A stretch of DNA of 64,000 nt from Nibricoccus sp. (GTDB taxonomy: Bacteria > Verrucomicrobiota > Verrucomicrobiia > Opitutales > Opitutaceae), in assembly GCA_047602425.1 (NCBI GenBank), contig JASGHG010000001.1, positions 3,936,001-4,000,000 of the forward strand, given 5' to 3'. The notes beneath the pieces are model-generated. The model made no database searches and was not told the origin of the DNA. It was given only the letters and a program-made list of their open reading frames with translations. The position numbers and the translations under genes are program-made. Below, in pieces: positions 17,790 to 27,564 of the stretch. Position 1 is the stretch's first letter; each line of letters begins with the position of its first letter.

Positions 17790-19937
17790 ATGCGCATCAT
17801 CAACGCAGATTTTATTGACCCAAAGCGACTGAAGCGCCGCCGTTTCATGTTTTTCACGGCGGTCTTTATTCTGACCAGTCTTGCGACGTGGTTTCTCGCG
17901 GACCTTTTCTGGCAGAACGACAAAATCCGTGGAGTCGAATGGCCTTTGCTCGCGCTGTTCGTGATTTTGTTTTCGCAGATCGCCGTCGGCTTCGTGACGG
18001 CGTTGATCGGCTTCTACGTGATCAACCGCGGTGGCGACAGTCGCCTCATCACCAAAACGGTCAAACCCGACGAGGACATTTCGCTCGCCAGCACGGCGAT
18101 CGTCATGCCGGTGTTCAACGAGGACGTCAGCCGCGTGTTCGAGGCGCTCCGTGTGATTTATCGCTCGGTGGAGGCGACAAAGAAACTGGAGCACTTCGAC
18201 TTTTTCATCCTCAGCGATTCCACAAAGCCGAACCAATGGATCCAGGAAGAGGTCGCCTGGGTCGAGCTCTGCAAACAGGTTGGCGGCTTCGGGCGGATCT
18301 TTTACCGCAAGCGCCGTCAGCAGATCAACAAGAAGGCGGGCAACGTTGCCGACTTTCTGCGCCGCTGGGGTAAAAATTACCGCTATATGGTGGTTTTGGA
18401 CGCCGATAGCGTCATGAGTGGCCAGGCGTTGGTCGATCTGGTGGCGACCATGCAGAAGAATCCCACGGTCGGCATCATCCAGACCGCGCCGCGGTTGGTT
18501 AACGGCGAGACTTTTTACGCGCGCCTGCAACAGTTTTCCAACCGCCTCTACAGTCCACTCTTTCTAGCCGGCTTGAATTACTGGCAGCAGTACGACGGCA
18601 ATTATTGGGGTCACAACGCGATCATTCGCGTGCAGCCGTTCATCGACCATTGTGCGCTGCCAAGTCTTCCCGGTAGCGAGCCGTTCGGTGGACGTATTCT
18701 CAGCCACGATTTTGTGGAGGCCGCACTGATGCGCAAGGCGGGGTGGGGCGTCTGGCTGGCGCCCGACATTGAGGGCACCTACGAGGAGGGACCGCCGACG
18801 TTGATCGACAGCGCGAAGCGCGACCGGCGCTGGTGTCAGGGCAACATGCAGCACAGCTGGCTGCTCTTCGCGAAAGGCTTCCGTCCGGTCAACCGCTTCC
18901 ATCTTTTCATGGGAGTGATGGCCTATGTGTCGTCGCCGCTCTGGCTGCTTTTCCTGCTGTTGAGCACCATTCACGTCTTCAATCTCGTGCGTTTCCCGTC
19001 GGCCGGGCATCTGCGGCCTGAGATCATGACTTCAATTTTTGGATACATGCTGGAGGTGCCGGAGGCGTTTACGCTCTTCGTGCTGACGATGCTGCTGCTT
19101 TTTCTGCCGAAATTCATCAGTGTCTTCCTAACCGTGCAGAAAAAGGCCGAAGCAGAGCGTTTTGGCGGTCGTGTGCAGGTGGTATTGTCAGCCCTGCTCG
19201 AAATTGCGATTTCCACGCTGCTGGCGCCCATCAACATGCTTTTCAACAGCAAGTTCGTGCTCTTTATTTTGCTCGGGCAAGGAGTGAACTGGGTGACACA
19301 AAACCGGGGTGGCGACGACGGCACGGACTGGCGCGAGGCGATCCTTACTCACGGGCCGCAGATGGTTTTCGGGCTTGTTTGGGGTGCGTCTTCCTTCGTG
19401 ATCTGGCCGGCTTACTTTTGGTGGTTGAGCCCGGTTTTGGCTGGCATCGTTTTTTCAATCCCACTGTCGATTGCCTTGAGCAAGCCGAGTTTTGGGCGAC
19501 AGTTGCTGCGCTGGGGCATGTTCATGACCCCGGAAGAGGCGAATCCGCCATATGAATTGAAACGGTTGAAGACGAACCTGGACGAATGCTACAAACACAT
19601 GCAGCCAATCGAGGTGTTGCGCGCCGATTATGGCCTGCTGCAGGCGGTGCTCGATCCCTACATCAATGCGGTGCACGTTTCATTGTTACGTCAGCGCAGG
19701 CCGAGCGAGGAATCGCGCGATTATTTCCTGCAACTGCGCGTTCGATTGCTGCGGGACGGACCGGCGGAATTTACGACCAAGGAAAAAATGGCGCTGTTGC
19801 TGGATGCCGAATCGATGATCTGGTTGCACCGCGAGCTTTGGCGTGTTCCAGCTCAATCGCTCGCCGAATGGTGGCGGCTGGCCGTGCGTCAGTATAACGT
19901 GCTTACGACCGCGCCCACAACCGCTTTGTACCGCTAA
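17790..19937 (+). CDS. opgH: Glucans biosynthesis glucosyltransferase H
   Basis: MPVFNED, LSDS, KAGNVADF, VLDADSVM, YWGHNAIIR, ILSHDFVEA, RDRRWCQGN. Confidence 0.95.
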   Translation: MRIINADFIDPKRLKRRRFMFFTAVFILTSLATWFLADLFWQNDKIRGVEWPLLALFVILFSQIAVGFVTALIGFYVINRGGDSRLITKTVKPDEDISLASTAIVMPVFNEDVSRVFEALRVIYRSVEATKKLEHFDFFILSDSTKPNQWIQEEVAWVELCKQVGGFGRIFYRKRRQQINKKAGNVADFLRRWGKNYRYMVVLDADSVMSGQALVDLVATMQKNPTVGIIQTAPRLVNGETFYARLQQFSNRLYSPLFLAGLNYWQQYDGNYWGHNAIIRVQPFIDHCALPSLPGSEPFGGRILSHDFVEAALMRKAGWGVWLAPDIEGTYEEGPPTLIDSAKRDRRWCQGNMQHSWLLFAKGFRPVNRFHLFMGVMAYVSSPLWLLFLLLSTIHVFNLVRFPSAGHLRPEIMTSIFGYMLEVPEAFTLFVLTMLLLFLPKFISVFLTVQKKAEAERFGGRVQVVLSALLEIAISTLLAPINMLFNSKFVLFILLGQGVNWVTQNRGGDDGTDWREAILTHGPQMVFGLVWGASSFVIWPAYFWWLSPVLAGIVFSIPLSIALSKPSFGRQLLRWGMFMTPEEANPPYELKRLKTNLDECYKHMQPIEVLRADYGLLQAVLDPYINAVHVSLLRQRRPSEESRDYFLQLRVRLLRDGPAEFTTKEKMALLLDAESMIWLHRELWRVPAQSLAEWWRLAVRQYNVLTTAPTTALYR

Positions 19938-19970
19938 ATAGATTCTACGGACAATTTCAGTCCGGAAAAT

Positions 19971-20336
19971 TCAGGCCTTGTTGACGGTGTACTTTTCCAG
20001 TTCCGCCTTGGCGATGGCGAACTCGCTCACGAGATCCGCGATCAACGGATCGAGACCGTCCAAACCGCTGTTGCGCGACTGGTGCTCCAGTTTCTCGGCG
20101 GTGGCGCGCACCCGAGTGGCGCCGAGGTTGCTGGCGCTGCCTTTGATGCTATGAGCGGCGCGGGTGAACTTGGGCTGATCATAGGAGGTCAGGCACTGTT
20201 TGAGCTCCGCGATGCGCTCGGGGGTGTCTTCCAAAAAAATGCCGATGATATCCTTCAGAAAGGCGTCTTCGTCGCCGGGGTTGAGTGCGCGGAGGTTTTC
20301 GATGGCCTCGGGGTCAATGGGGAGTTCGGTCGACAT
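19971..20336 (-). CDS. Hpt (histidine phosphotransfer) protein
   Basis: AAHSIKGSASNLGA Hpt motif. Confidence 0.92.
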   Translation of the reverse strand: MSTELPIDPEAIENLRALNPGDEDAFLKDIIGIFLEDTPERIAELKQCLTSYDQPKFTRAAHSIKGSASNLGATRVRATAEKLEHQSRNSGLDGLDPLIADLVSEFAIAKAELEKYTVNKA

Positions 20337-20409
20337 GGGTAACCTTTCTGGAATTTGGCGGACGGAAAATTTTCGTCGAGTTTAAGTGTTTCGAAAAAAC
20401 AAAAATGAG

Positions 20410-22122
20410 TTAACCGACCCATTCGACTGAGGTGTTTTCCTCGACTTGTTCGATGGTGGTAAGGCCGAGCAGAACTTTTTTCAGGGCGTCGTAGCGCAGC
20501 GGCTTGTACCCAACTTTCGCGGCGGCGCGGGTGATCTCCTGCGCGCTTTTTCTATCCGAGATCATGGTGCGAATTTCTTCGGTGATAAGAACGAGTTCAT
20601 GAAAGGCTACCCGGCCCTTGTAACCCGTCCCGCGGCAACTGGGGCAACCGCGACCACGGTAGAATGTCACATCGTTATCGGCAAGGCCGTCATCGTGAAA
20701 ATAGCGTTGCAGGGTTTCCCGCGTGGGAGTGTACGGCTCCTTGCAGCTTTCGCAGATGCGGGCGACGAGGCGCTGGGCGAGCACGCCAATGACCGAGGGC
20801 GCAACCATGTAGGGTTCGACCCCGATTTCCATCAACCGCACGATAGCTTGCGCGGCCGTGTTGGTGTGGAGCGTCGCAAAAACAATATGGCCGGTTAGCG
20901 CGGCTTCCGTTGCGATTTTGGCGGTTTCGAGATCGCGAATTTCACCGACCAGAATGGCATCCGGATCCTGACGGAGGAGGGAACGCAGGATGGTGGAAAA
21001 CTTCAGATCGATGTGGGAATTGACCTGCGTCTGCGTGACACCGTCGAGCTGGATTTCCACCGGATCCTCGATTGTCGATATATTGATGTTCGGCGTGTTG
21101 ATCTCGTGGAGCGCGGCGTAAAGTGTCGTTGTTTTTCCCGAACCGGTGGGACCCGTGACAAAAATGATGCCGTTTGGATTCTGGATGAGCTGCTTGAACG
21201 GCTGCAGGACCGATTGCGAGATCATCATCTTGTCGAGGGTGAGCATCGACTTGCGCCCGGTCATGGCGAGGATGCGGATGACGGCTTTTTCGCCATAGGC
21301 AGACGGAATGCAGGAAAAACGGAAGTTCGCGGTCAGGCTGCCGATCGGCATCGAAAAACGTCCATCCTGGGGAAAACGCGACTCGGCGATATTGAGGCTG
21401 CACTGGATCTTGAGGCGTGAAATGATGGCGCGATGGAGCTTGCGCGAGTAGGTGAAAATCTCGCGGAGCATGCCATCGACGCGGAAACGCACGCGGGAAA
21501 TATTTTCCTGGGGTTCGATATGAATGTCCGTTGCGCGTTCACGAAGGGCGAAGTGAATGATTTCCTCAACTATCTGAATGAGGGAATCGGCGTTCGCGAG
21601 CTGGGCGATCTTGTCGGCGGCGAGCTCTGGATCGGTGAAAAGGCGGGAGCGTTCGAGTTCGTTGAGACTTTCCTCGAGGCTTTTGTCGGAAGAGTAGCTG
21701 ATGACGATGGCGTCGTCGATGTCGTGCGGGAGCGCGAAGACGGGGCTGATGGGAATCTGCGCGATCTGCGAAAGGCGTTTTACGAGCTCCGCATCGTCGG
21801 GCGCGGCCATCGCGGTGGTGAGCACGCCATTGAAGACGTAGAGGCCGATGGCGCGGGCTTTTTTGGCGATTTCAACGGGGATTTTATCGATGGCCTCGTC
21901 GGTGATAAGGGAGGCAAAGGGATCGACGTGGGCGAAGCCGAGGCCGTCGGCCCAGATGCGGCAGGCATCGTCCTTTGTGGCATATTTTCGATCGATCACT
22001 TCTTGGAGCAAAGCCGTGGTTATGCCATGCTGCTGGGCAAGGGCATCGACCTCGTCCTTGTAATCGAAATGCGGCAGCTGTTTGAGCTGCTCGAGAAACT
22101 GCGTGTTACTCGGGTTTGCCAC
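20410..22122 (-). CDS. GspE/PilB family secretion ATPase
   Basis: TDIHIEP, PQDGRF, GPTGSGKTTT, TIEDPVE, LRQDPDAILVGEIRD, TGH..TLHTN, two CxxC pairs; GTG start at 22122 inferred. Confidence 0.93.
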   Translation of the reverse strand: MANPSNTQFLEQLKQLPHFDYKDEVDALAQQHGITTALLQEVIDRKYATKDDACRIWADGLGFAHVDPFASLITDEAIDKIPVEIAKKARAIGLYVFNGVLTTAMAAPDDAELVKRLSQIAQIPISPVFALPHDIDDAIVISYSSDKSLEESLNELERSRLFTDPELAADKIAQLANADSLIQIVEEIIHFALRERATDIHIEPQENISRVRFRVDGMLREIFTYSRKLHRAIISRLKIQCSLNIAESRFPQDGRFSMPIGSLTANFRFSCIPSAYGEKAVIRILAMTGRKSMLTLDKMMISQSVLQPFKQLIQNPNGIIFVTGPTGSGKTTTLYAALHEINTPNINISTIEDPVEIQLDGVTQTQVNSHIDLKFSTILRSLLRQDPDAILVGEIRDLETAKIATEAALTGHIVFATLHTNTAAQAIVRLMEIGVEPYMVAPSVIGVLAQRLVARICESCKEPYTPTRETLQRYFHDDGLADNDVTFYRGRGCPSCRGTGYKGRVAFHELVLITEEIRTMISDRKSAQEITRAAAKVGYKPLRYDALKKVLLGLTTIEQVEENTSVEWVG

Positions 22123-22306
22123 GGCGGCGCCTTTGCTTGGATTGGAAGAGATTACCGATGTCGGCTTGTTGCAGTTTTTCCATGGCGAGCGTGCCGGTGG
22201 CACGTTCGAGTTTGAGTTCAGCCAGGAGCTCGGGGAGCGAGTATTTGACCATCTCGATCGGATGCGGTCTGACCGGAGTAGTGGAGTTGTGCGGATGAGC
22301 GCTCAT
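22106..22306 (-). CDS. Small hypothetical protein
   Basis: 66-aa ORF tightly packed between the receiver gene and the ATPase, overlapping the ATPase start. Confidence 0.6.
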   Translation of the reverse strand: MSAHPHNSTTPVRPHPIEMVKYSLPELLAELKLERATGTLAMEKLQQADIGNLFQSKQRRRRGKPE

Positions 22307-22312
22307 GGCTGG

Positions 22313-22699
22313 TTACTCGGCGCTGAAGCACTCGGCGATCGTGGCCCGGAGTGAGGCGAGGATTTCGTCCTTGGGCGTGTCTTTGCGGATGTAATTGTCG
22401 GCTCCGAGATTGAGAGCCTCCTCGACCGTCTGCCGGTTGGCGAGCGAGGTGAGCATGACGACGACACAGTCAGTGGAAAGGGTGCGAATTTCCCGTAGCG
22501 TTTGAATGCCGTCCTGGATGGGCATGTTAACGTCGAGCAGAACCATATTGGGTTGCGCGCTTTTGAAAACCTCCACCGCGTCCCTGCCATTGGACGCCTC
22601 CATGATGGACGTGGCGCCGAGCTGTTTCAGGATGAGCGCAATGAATTTCCGCACGTGGGCTTCGTCGTCGACGAGAAGAATTTTACCTTCGTATTTCAT
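22313..22699 (-). CDS. Single-domain response regulator (CheY-like)
   Basis: ILLVDDE, VLLDVNMP, MLTS, YIRK. Confidence 0.92.
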   Translation of the reverse strand: MKYEGKILLVDDEAHVRKFIALILKQLGATSIMEASNGRDAVEVFKSAQPNMVLLDVNMPIQDGIQTLREIRTLSTDCVVVMLTSLANRQTVEEALNLGADNYIRKDTPKDEILASLRATIAECFSAE

Positions 22700-22703
22700 G
22701 GGT

Positions 22704-23831
22704 TCAGGCGGGAAGCATGATTGAAAATTCGCAGCCGCCATGAGGCAGATTTGTGGCGGTGATGGCACCGCGATGGGCTTCAACAATCTTGCGACAGATG
22801 GCGAGGCCGAGGCCGGTGGCTTTTTCGCCGCCGGTGGGTTTGGAGGAAAGCGTGACGAAGTCCTTGAAGAGCTGATGGCGTTCGCTCTCGGGAATTCCGG
22901 GGCCCTGATCTTGCACCGCCACGGTGTACGCGGGATGAAAGCCGGAGATGCGCACGTTGATCGTGGAACCCGGGGGAGAATATTTCACGGCGTTGCTTAA
23001 CAGATTGTCCATGACCTGCTTTATCTTGGCCTGATCCATTCTCACTATCGGCGCTTCGTAAGGCGGACTGTAGACGATCTTGGTGTTTTTCTTGGTGGCG
23101 TTGATGTTGTTCAGGTAAACCGCCTTTTCCACGAGTTCGGCCAGGCTGTGCGGCTCCTTTTGCACCTTCAGTTCGCCGGCCTCGATCGTGGCGACGTCGA
23201 GCAGTTCGTTGAGCAACGTCAGCATGGACTGGCTGGTATCGAGAATCGTATTGGCGAGGTCGAGTTGATCGGGAGTGAGCTGGCCCACGGTGCCGTCGGT
23301 CAGAAATTCCGCCAGGCCGCGAATCGAAGCCAGGGGATTGCGCAGGTCGTGCGCCGCCATGCCGAGGAGTTTATTTTTCGCTTGATTAGCGGTTTTTAAT
23401 TGGTCGACCAATGCCTTTTGGTGCTCGATGAGCAGCTTGTTCTGCAAATGGGTGCGGATGCGGGCCAGGGATTCCTTGCGACGGAAGGGTTTTGGAAGGT
23501 AGTCGACGCCACCCGCGGCCAAACCTTCGACGATATCGTCGGACTCGGTTTTTGCAGTGATGAAAATGACGGGCGCGGCATTGTCGCCGTGGCGGGTGCG
23601 AAGCTCGCGGCAAACGGCGAAACCATCGATTCCCGGCAAAACCACGTCCATGAGCACGAGGTCGGGTTTGAACTCGTCGTAAAGCGTCAAAGCCTCTTCG
23701 CCCGAAGAACCTTCCTGGGTAACATAACCCTCCGATTGGAGAATGCTGCTCAGGATCTTTATATTCATCCGGTCGTCATCGATCATCAGAATCTTACGTC
23801 CTTTGAGACTTAACGCCTTCTTTTGCTCCAT
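22704..23831 (-). CDS. Hybrid receiver-histidine kinase
   Basis: N-terminal receiver; AAHDLRNPL H-box, NLLSNAVKYS, DQGPGI, TGLGLAIC. Confidence 0.93.
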   Translation of the reverse strand: MEQKKALSLKGRKILMIDDDRMNIKILSSILQSEGYVTQEGSSGEEALTLYDEFKPDLVLMDVVLPGIDGFAVCRELRTRHGDNAAPVIFITAKTESDDIVEGLAAGGVDYLPKPFRRKESLARIRTHLQNKLLIEHQKALVDQLKTANQAKNKLLGMAAHDLRNPLASIRGLAEFLTDGTVGQLTPDQLDLANTILDTSQSMLTLLNELLDVATIEAGELKVQKEPHSLAELVEKAVYLNNINATKKNTKIVYSPPYEAPIVRMDQAKIKQVMDNLLSNAVKYSPPGSTINVRISGFHPAYTVAVQDQGPGIPESERHQLFKDFVTLSSKPTGGEKATGLGLAICRKIVEAHRGAITATNLPHGGCEFSIMLPA

Positions 23832-24045
23832 GGCGGCACGTGCTGCGGGGGATGGCGCCCCAAAGCCAAAGGGAAGGGTTCCTGCGGTTAACTGCATGAC
23901 GTTTGACGGTGCGGTGAAGAGAGTTCCCTACGTTGGTCGTCACAGATTAAGGAAACTTAAGTTGGTTCTCATATCATGAAATGCGGATACGTTGATATTA
24001 GACTTGCCCGCCTCCGAGCCGATGGTTTTAACCCTCCTTTATCTT

Positions 24046-25212
24046 ATGGCAAAATCCTTTGTTTTCTCTTCCGAATCTGTTGGTGAAGGTCACCCCGACA
24101 AGGTCGCTGACCTCATTTCTGACAGCGTCCTCGACGCCTGCCTCGCCCAAGACAAGTACTCGCGTGTCGCCTGCGAGACCATGGTGAAATCCAACATGGT
24201 CATTCTCGCCGGTGAAATCACCACCAAGGCCAAGCTTAACTACGAATCAATTGTCCGGGCTGCGATCCGGGACATTGGCTACGTCAATAACGACGACGTT
24301 TTCCACGCCGACTGTGTATTCATAAACAACTACCTGACGAAGCAGTCGCCCGATATTTCGCAGGGCGTCGACGCCAAAAAAGCCAAGGGCAAGAAGACCG
24401 CCGAGCAGGGCGCCGGCGACCAGGGCCTCATGTTCGGCTTCGCTTGCAACGAAACGCCCGAGCTTATGCCGACGCCGATCATGTTCGCCCACCGCCTCGG
24501 CCGCGAGCTGACCAAGATCCGCAAGAGCGGCAAGGTCGCCTGGCTCCGCCCGGACGCGAAGTCCCAAGTTTCCATCCGCTATGAAGACGGCAAGCCCGTC
24601 GCGGTCGAAAACGTCGTTATCTCCACGCAGCACACCGCCGACGTCGCGCACGGCACGATTGAGGACTACCTCATCGAAAACGTGATCAAGAAGGTCATCC
24701 CGAAACGTTTGCTCACCGACAAAACCGAGTATCTCATCAACCCGACCGGTCGCTTCGTCGTCGGTGGTCCGCAGGGCGACTCCGGCCTCACCGGTCGCAA
24801 GATCATCGTCGACTCCTACGGTGGCTGGGGCCGTCATGGTGGCGGCGCCTTCTCCGGCAAGGATCCGTCGAAGGTCGATCGCTCGGCCGCCTACATGTGC
24901 CGCTGGGTCGCGAAGAACATCGTCGCCGCCGGCCTCGCCGACGCCGTCGAACTCCAGCTCGCCTACGCTATTGGTCATCCCGAGCCGGTCAGCGTCTACG
25001 TTGACACGCAGGGCACGGGCAAAGTGGACGACGTGAAGATCGCCAAAGCGGTCACCAAGGTCTTCGGCTTCAAGCCCGCCCAGATCGTCGAGCAGCTCAA
25101 TCTCCTCCGCCCGATCTACCGCGAGACGACCAACTACGGCCACTTCGGCAAAGCCAGCCTCCCGTGGGAACAGACCAACAAGGCCGCCGCCCTCAAAGCC
25201 GCCATCAAATAA
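24046..25212 (+). CDS. metK: S-adenosylmethionine synthetase
   Basis: [33 protein letters not shown]. Confidence 0.98.
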   Translation: MAKSFVFSSESVGEGHPDKVADLISDSVLDACLAQDKYSRVACETMVKSNMVILAGEITTKAKLNYESIVRAAIRDIGYVNNDDVFHADCVFINNYLTKQSPDISQGVDAKKAKGKKTAEQGAGDQGLMFGFACNETPELMPTPIMFAHRLGRELTKIRKSGKVAWLRPDAKSQVSIRYEDGKPVAVENVVISTQHTADVAHGTIEDYLIENVIKKVIPKRLLTDKTEYLINPTGRFVVGGPQGDSGLTGRKIIVDSYGGWGRHGGGAFSGKDPSKVDRSAAYMCRWVAKNIVAAGLADAVELQLAYAIGHPEPVSVYVDTQGTGKVDDVKIAKAVTKVFGFKPAQIVEQLNLLRPIYRETTNYGHFGKASLPWEQTNKAAALKAAIK

Positions 25213-25242
25213 CCCGCGCTCCGCGCGACAACCTTCATCAAA

Positions 25243-26679
25243 ATGGTTTCTACACTCTCTGCGCCGACCAAGGCGCAACAGGATTATCACGTTAAAGACA
25301 TCTCCCTCGCCGACTGGGGCCGGAAAGAAATTTCCGTCGCCGAACACGAAATGCCCGGCCTTATGTCCGTGCGCAAAAAGTTCGGCCCGTCCAAGCCCCT
25401 GAAAGGCGTACGCGTCACTGGCTCGCTCCACATGACGATCCAGACCGCCGTCCTCATCGAGACGTTGGTCGAACTCGGCGCCTCCGTGCGCTGGGCGTCG
25501 TGCAACATCTTCTCGACGCAGGACCACGCCGCTTCGGCCATCGCCAAGGCCGGTGTCCCGGTCTTCGCTTGGAAAGGCGAAACGCTCGAAGAGTACTGGG
25601 ATCTTACGTGGAAAGCCCTCAGCCACCCGAATGGCACCGGCCCGCAACTCGTCGTCGACGACGGCGGCGACGTCACGCTCCTGCTTCACAAAGGCTACGA
25701 GCTCGAAAAAGGTAGTGACTGGGTGAATACCGCTTCCGGTTCGCACGAAGAGCAGGTCATCAAAAACCTTCTCAAGCGCATCCACAAGGAACAGCCCGGC
25801 ATATTCACCGCGATGGTGAAGGAATGGCGCGGCGTCTCCGAGGAAACTACCACGGGCGTCCACCGCCTCTACCAGCTCCACGAACAGGGCAAGCTCCTCG
25901 TCCCATCGATCAACGTCAACGACTCCGTCACGAAGTCGAAATTCGACAACCTTTACGGTTGCCGCGAATCTCTCGCCGACGGACTCAAGCGCGCCACCGA
26001 CGTCATGATCGCCGGCAAAGTCGCCTGCGTCTGCGGTTATGGTGACGTAGGCAAAGGTTCGGCTTTTTCGCTCAAAGGTTTCGGTGCCCGTGTCATCGTC
26101 ACCGAGATCGATCCCATCAACGCCCTTCAAGCCGCGATGGAAGGTTTCGAAGTCAATACAATCGAGAGCACGCTCGGCGTCGCGGACATTTACGTCACGA
26201 CGACCGGCAACTGCGACATCATCACGCTGGAACACATGCAGCAGATGAAGGACCAGGCCATCGTTTGTAACATCGGCCATTTCGACAACGAGATCCAGGT
26301 CGACCAGCTCTACAAAGCTCCCGGCGTGAAGCGCGTCACGATCAAGCCGCAGTACGACATGTTCACGTTCCCCAAAGGTAACAGCATCTACCTGCTCGCC
26401 GAAGGCCGCCTCGTGAACCTCGGCTGCGCAACGGGCCACCCGTCGTTCGTCATGTCAAACAGCTTCACGAACCAGACGCTTGCCCAGCTCGATCTCTGGA
26501 AAAACAAGGACACCTACAAGATCGGCGTCTATCGTTTGCCGAAGCACCTCGACGAAGAAGTCGCCCGGCTGCACTTGGAAAAAATCGGTGTGAAGCTCAC
26601 GAAACTCACCGAGAAACAAGCCAAGTACCTCGGAGTCCCGGTCGAAGGCCCTTACAAGCCCGAACACTACCGGTACTAA
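25243..26679 (+). CDS. ahcY: Adenosylhomocysteinase
   Basis: [48 protein letters not shown]. Confidence 0.98.
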   Translation: MVSTLSAPTKAQQDYHVKDISLADWGRKEISVAEHEMPGLMSVRKKFGPSKPLKGVRVTGSLHMTIQTAVLIETLVELGASVRWASCNIFSTQDHAASAIAKAGVPVFAWKGETLEEYWDLTWKALSHPNGTGPQLVVDDGGDVTLLLHKGYELEKGSDWVNTASGSHEEQVIKNLLKRIHKEQPGIFTAMVKEWRGVSEETTTGVHRLYQLHEQGKLLVPSINVNDSVTKSKFDNLYGCRESLADGLKRATDVMIAGKVACVCGYGDVGKGSAFSLKGFGARVIVTEIDPINALQAAMEGFEVNTIESTLGVADIYVTTTGNCDIITLEHMQQMKDQAIVCNIGHFDNEIQVDQLYKAPGVKRVTIKPQYDMFTFPKGNSIYLLAEGRLVNLGCATGHPSFVMSNSFTNQTLAQLDLWKNKDTYKIGVYRLPKHLDEEVARLHLEKIGVKLTKLTEKQAKYLGVPVEGPYKPEHYRY

Positions 26680-26702
26680 ACCGATATACAGAACTAATAT
26701 CC

Positions 26703-26733
26703 AAACGCGTGGCCTCTCGCCGCGCGTTTTTTT
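26703..26733 (+). terminator. Intrinsic terminator after ahcY
   Basis: AAACGCGTGGC-loop-GCCGCGCGTTT followed by a T tract. Confidence 0.8.
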
Positions 26734-26829
26734 ATTTTCTATTTCTGAATCGGGAACCCGGCTCAGAAGTGCAATTTCATGCGTTCAGGCCGTGAGTTTT
26801 TCGGCCTGCGCAGCGTCATGAAGTTATGT

Positions 26830-27075
26830 TCACTCCATGCAGTCTTTGTGTTTTTTTTGAGTGAGATCGGAGAGGGCGGCTTGAATTTGGGCGCGAACGC
26901 GGACGTTGCTCAGTTCTTCAGCGAGGCTATGGATGATGATCGAAAGAAGCATGTCGCGGGTGGCTTTGGGCGTTTTCCCATGAAGCGAAGTGCGGGCATT
27001 ATTACCGGACCATTCACGCAGCTCTTGGCGCACGGCGGAGAGGCTGTCGAAGGTGACGTCTTGCAGAAGTTTCAT
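26830..27075 (-). CDS. Small hypothetical protein
   Basis: 81-aa helical-looking ORF with ATG start and AT-rich upstream region. Confidence 0.5.
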   Translation of the reverse strand: MKLLQDVTFDSLSAVRQELREWSGNNARTSLHGKTPKATRDMLLSIIIHSLAEELSNVRVRAQIQAALSDLTQKKHKDCME

Positions 27076-27214
27076 CGGTGGTTGGATCTGGGTTCTGTGA
27101 GCTGAAGCTGGTGTGGTTGTTGGTATATATATATTAGGAATTTTCGGCGGGTTGTTTCAGAAAAAGTGAACCGAAGTGGATACGACTGCGCCGGGCGGAT
27201 GTTTGTTTTTGTAC

Positions 27215-27246
27215 AAAAAAAGGCCGGCATCGTAAGACGCCGGCCT
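27215..27246 (-). terminator. Intrinsic terminator
   Basis: AGGCCGGCGTC-TTAC-GATGCCGGCCT-TTTTTT on the minus strand, downstream of 27272-27505. Confidence 0.8.
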
Positions 27247-27271
27247 CGGAAAGACGCAAGATGCGTTGAGA

Positions 27272-27505
27272 TTATTTGGCTTTGCTGAGCTTTTCCCCAG
27301 CAGCGTGCGCGAGTTTAATTGCACCTGCTTTGATCTCGGCGACGCCCGGTGTTTTTGGAGGGAGGGCCTTGATCAGTTTTAGGACTTGGGCGGCAACAAG
27401 CGCCTCTTGCAGGCCGGGCAGGGTTTTGCCTGCGGCAGCGGTTGAACTGGGGGCGAGAAGGAATGTTTCGCCCGGATTTTCTGGTGGCGGTACTTCGTCT
27501 GGCAT
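27272..27505 (-). CDS. Small hypothetical protein
   Basis: 77-aa ORF directly downstream of the kinase, followed by a terminator. Confidence 0.6.
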   Translation of the reverse strand: MPDEVPPPENPGETFLLAPSSTAAAGKTLPGLQEALVAAQVLKLIKALPPKTPGVAEIKAGAIKLAHAAGEKLSKAK

Positions 27506-27564
27506 AGCGTTTTGGCGGGTTGACTGTTTGGATGGATTCTAACGGAGAATGGGTGGAGGGCAGG

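Noticed and set aside
23880..24045. Possible SAM/SAH riboswitch upstream of metK-ahcY
   Set aside because: No SAM-I, SAM-II or SAH consensus recognised by eye; an Rfam/Infernal scan would be needed.
24247..26439. 730-aa minus-strand ORF
   Set aside because: Antisense shadow of the highly biased metK/ahcY codons; no independent motifs.
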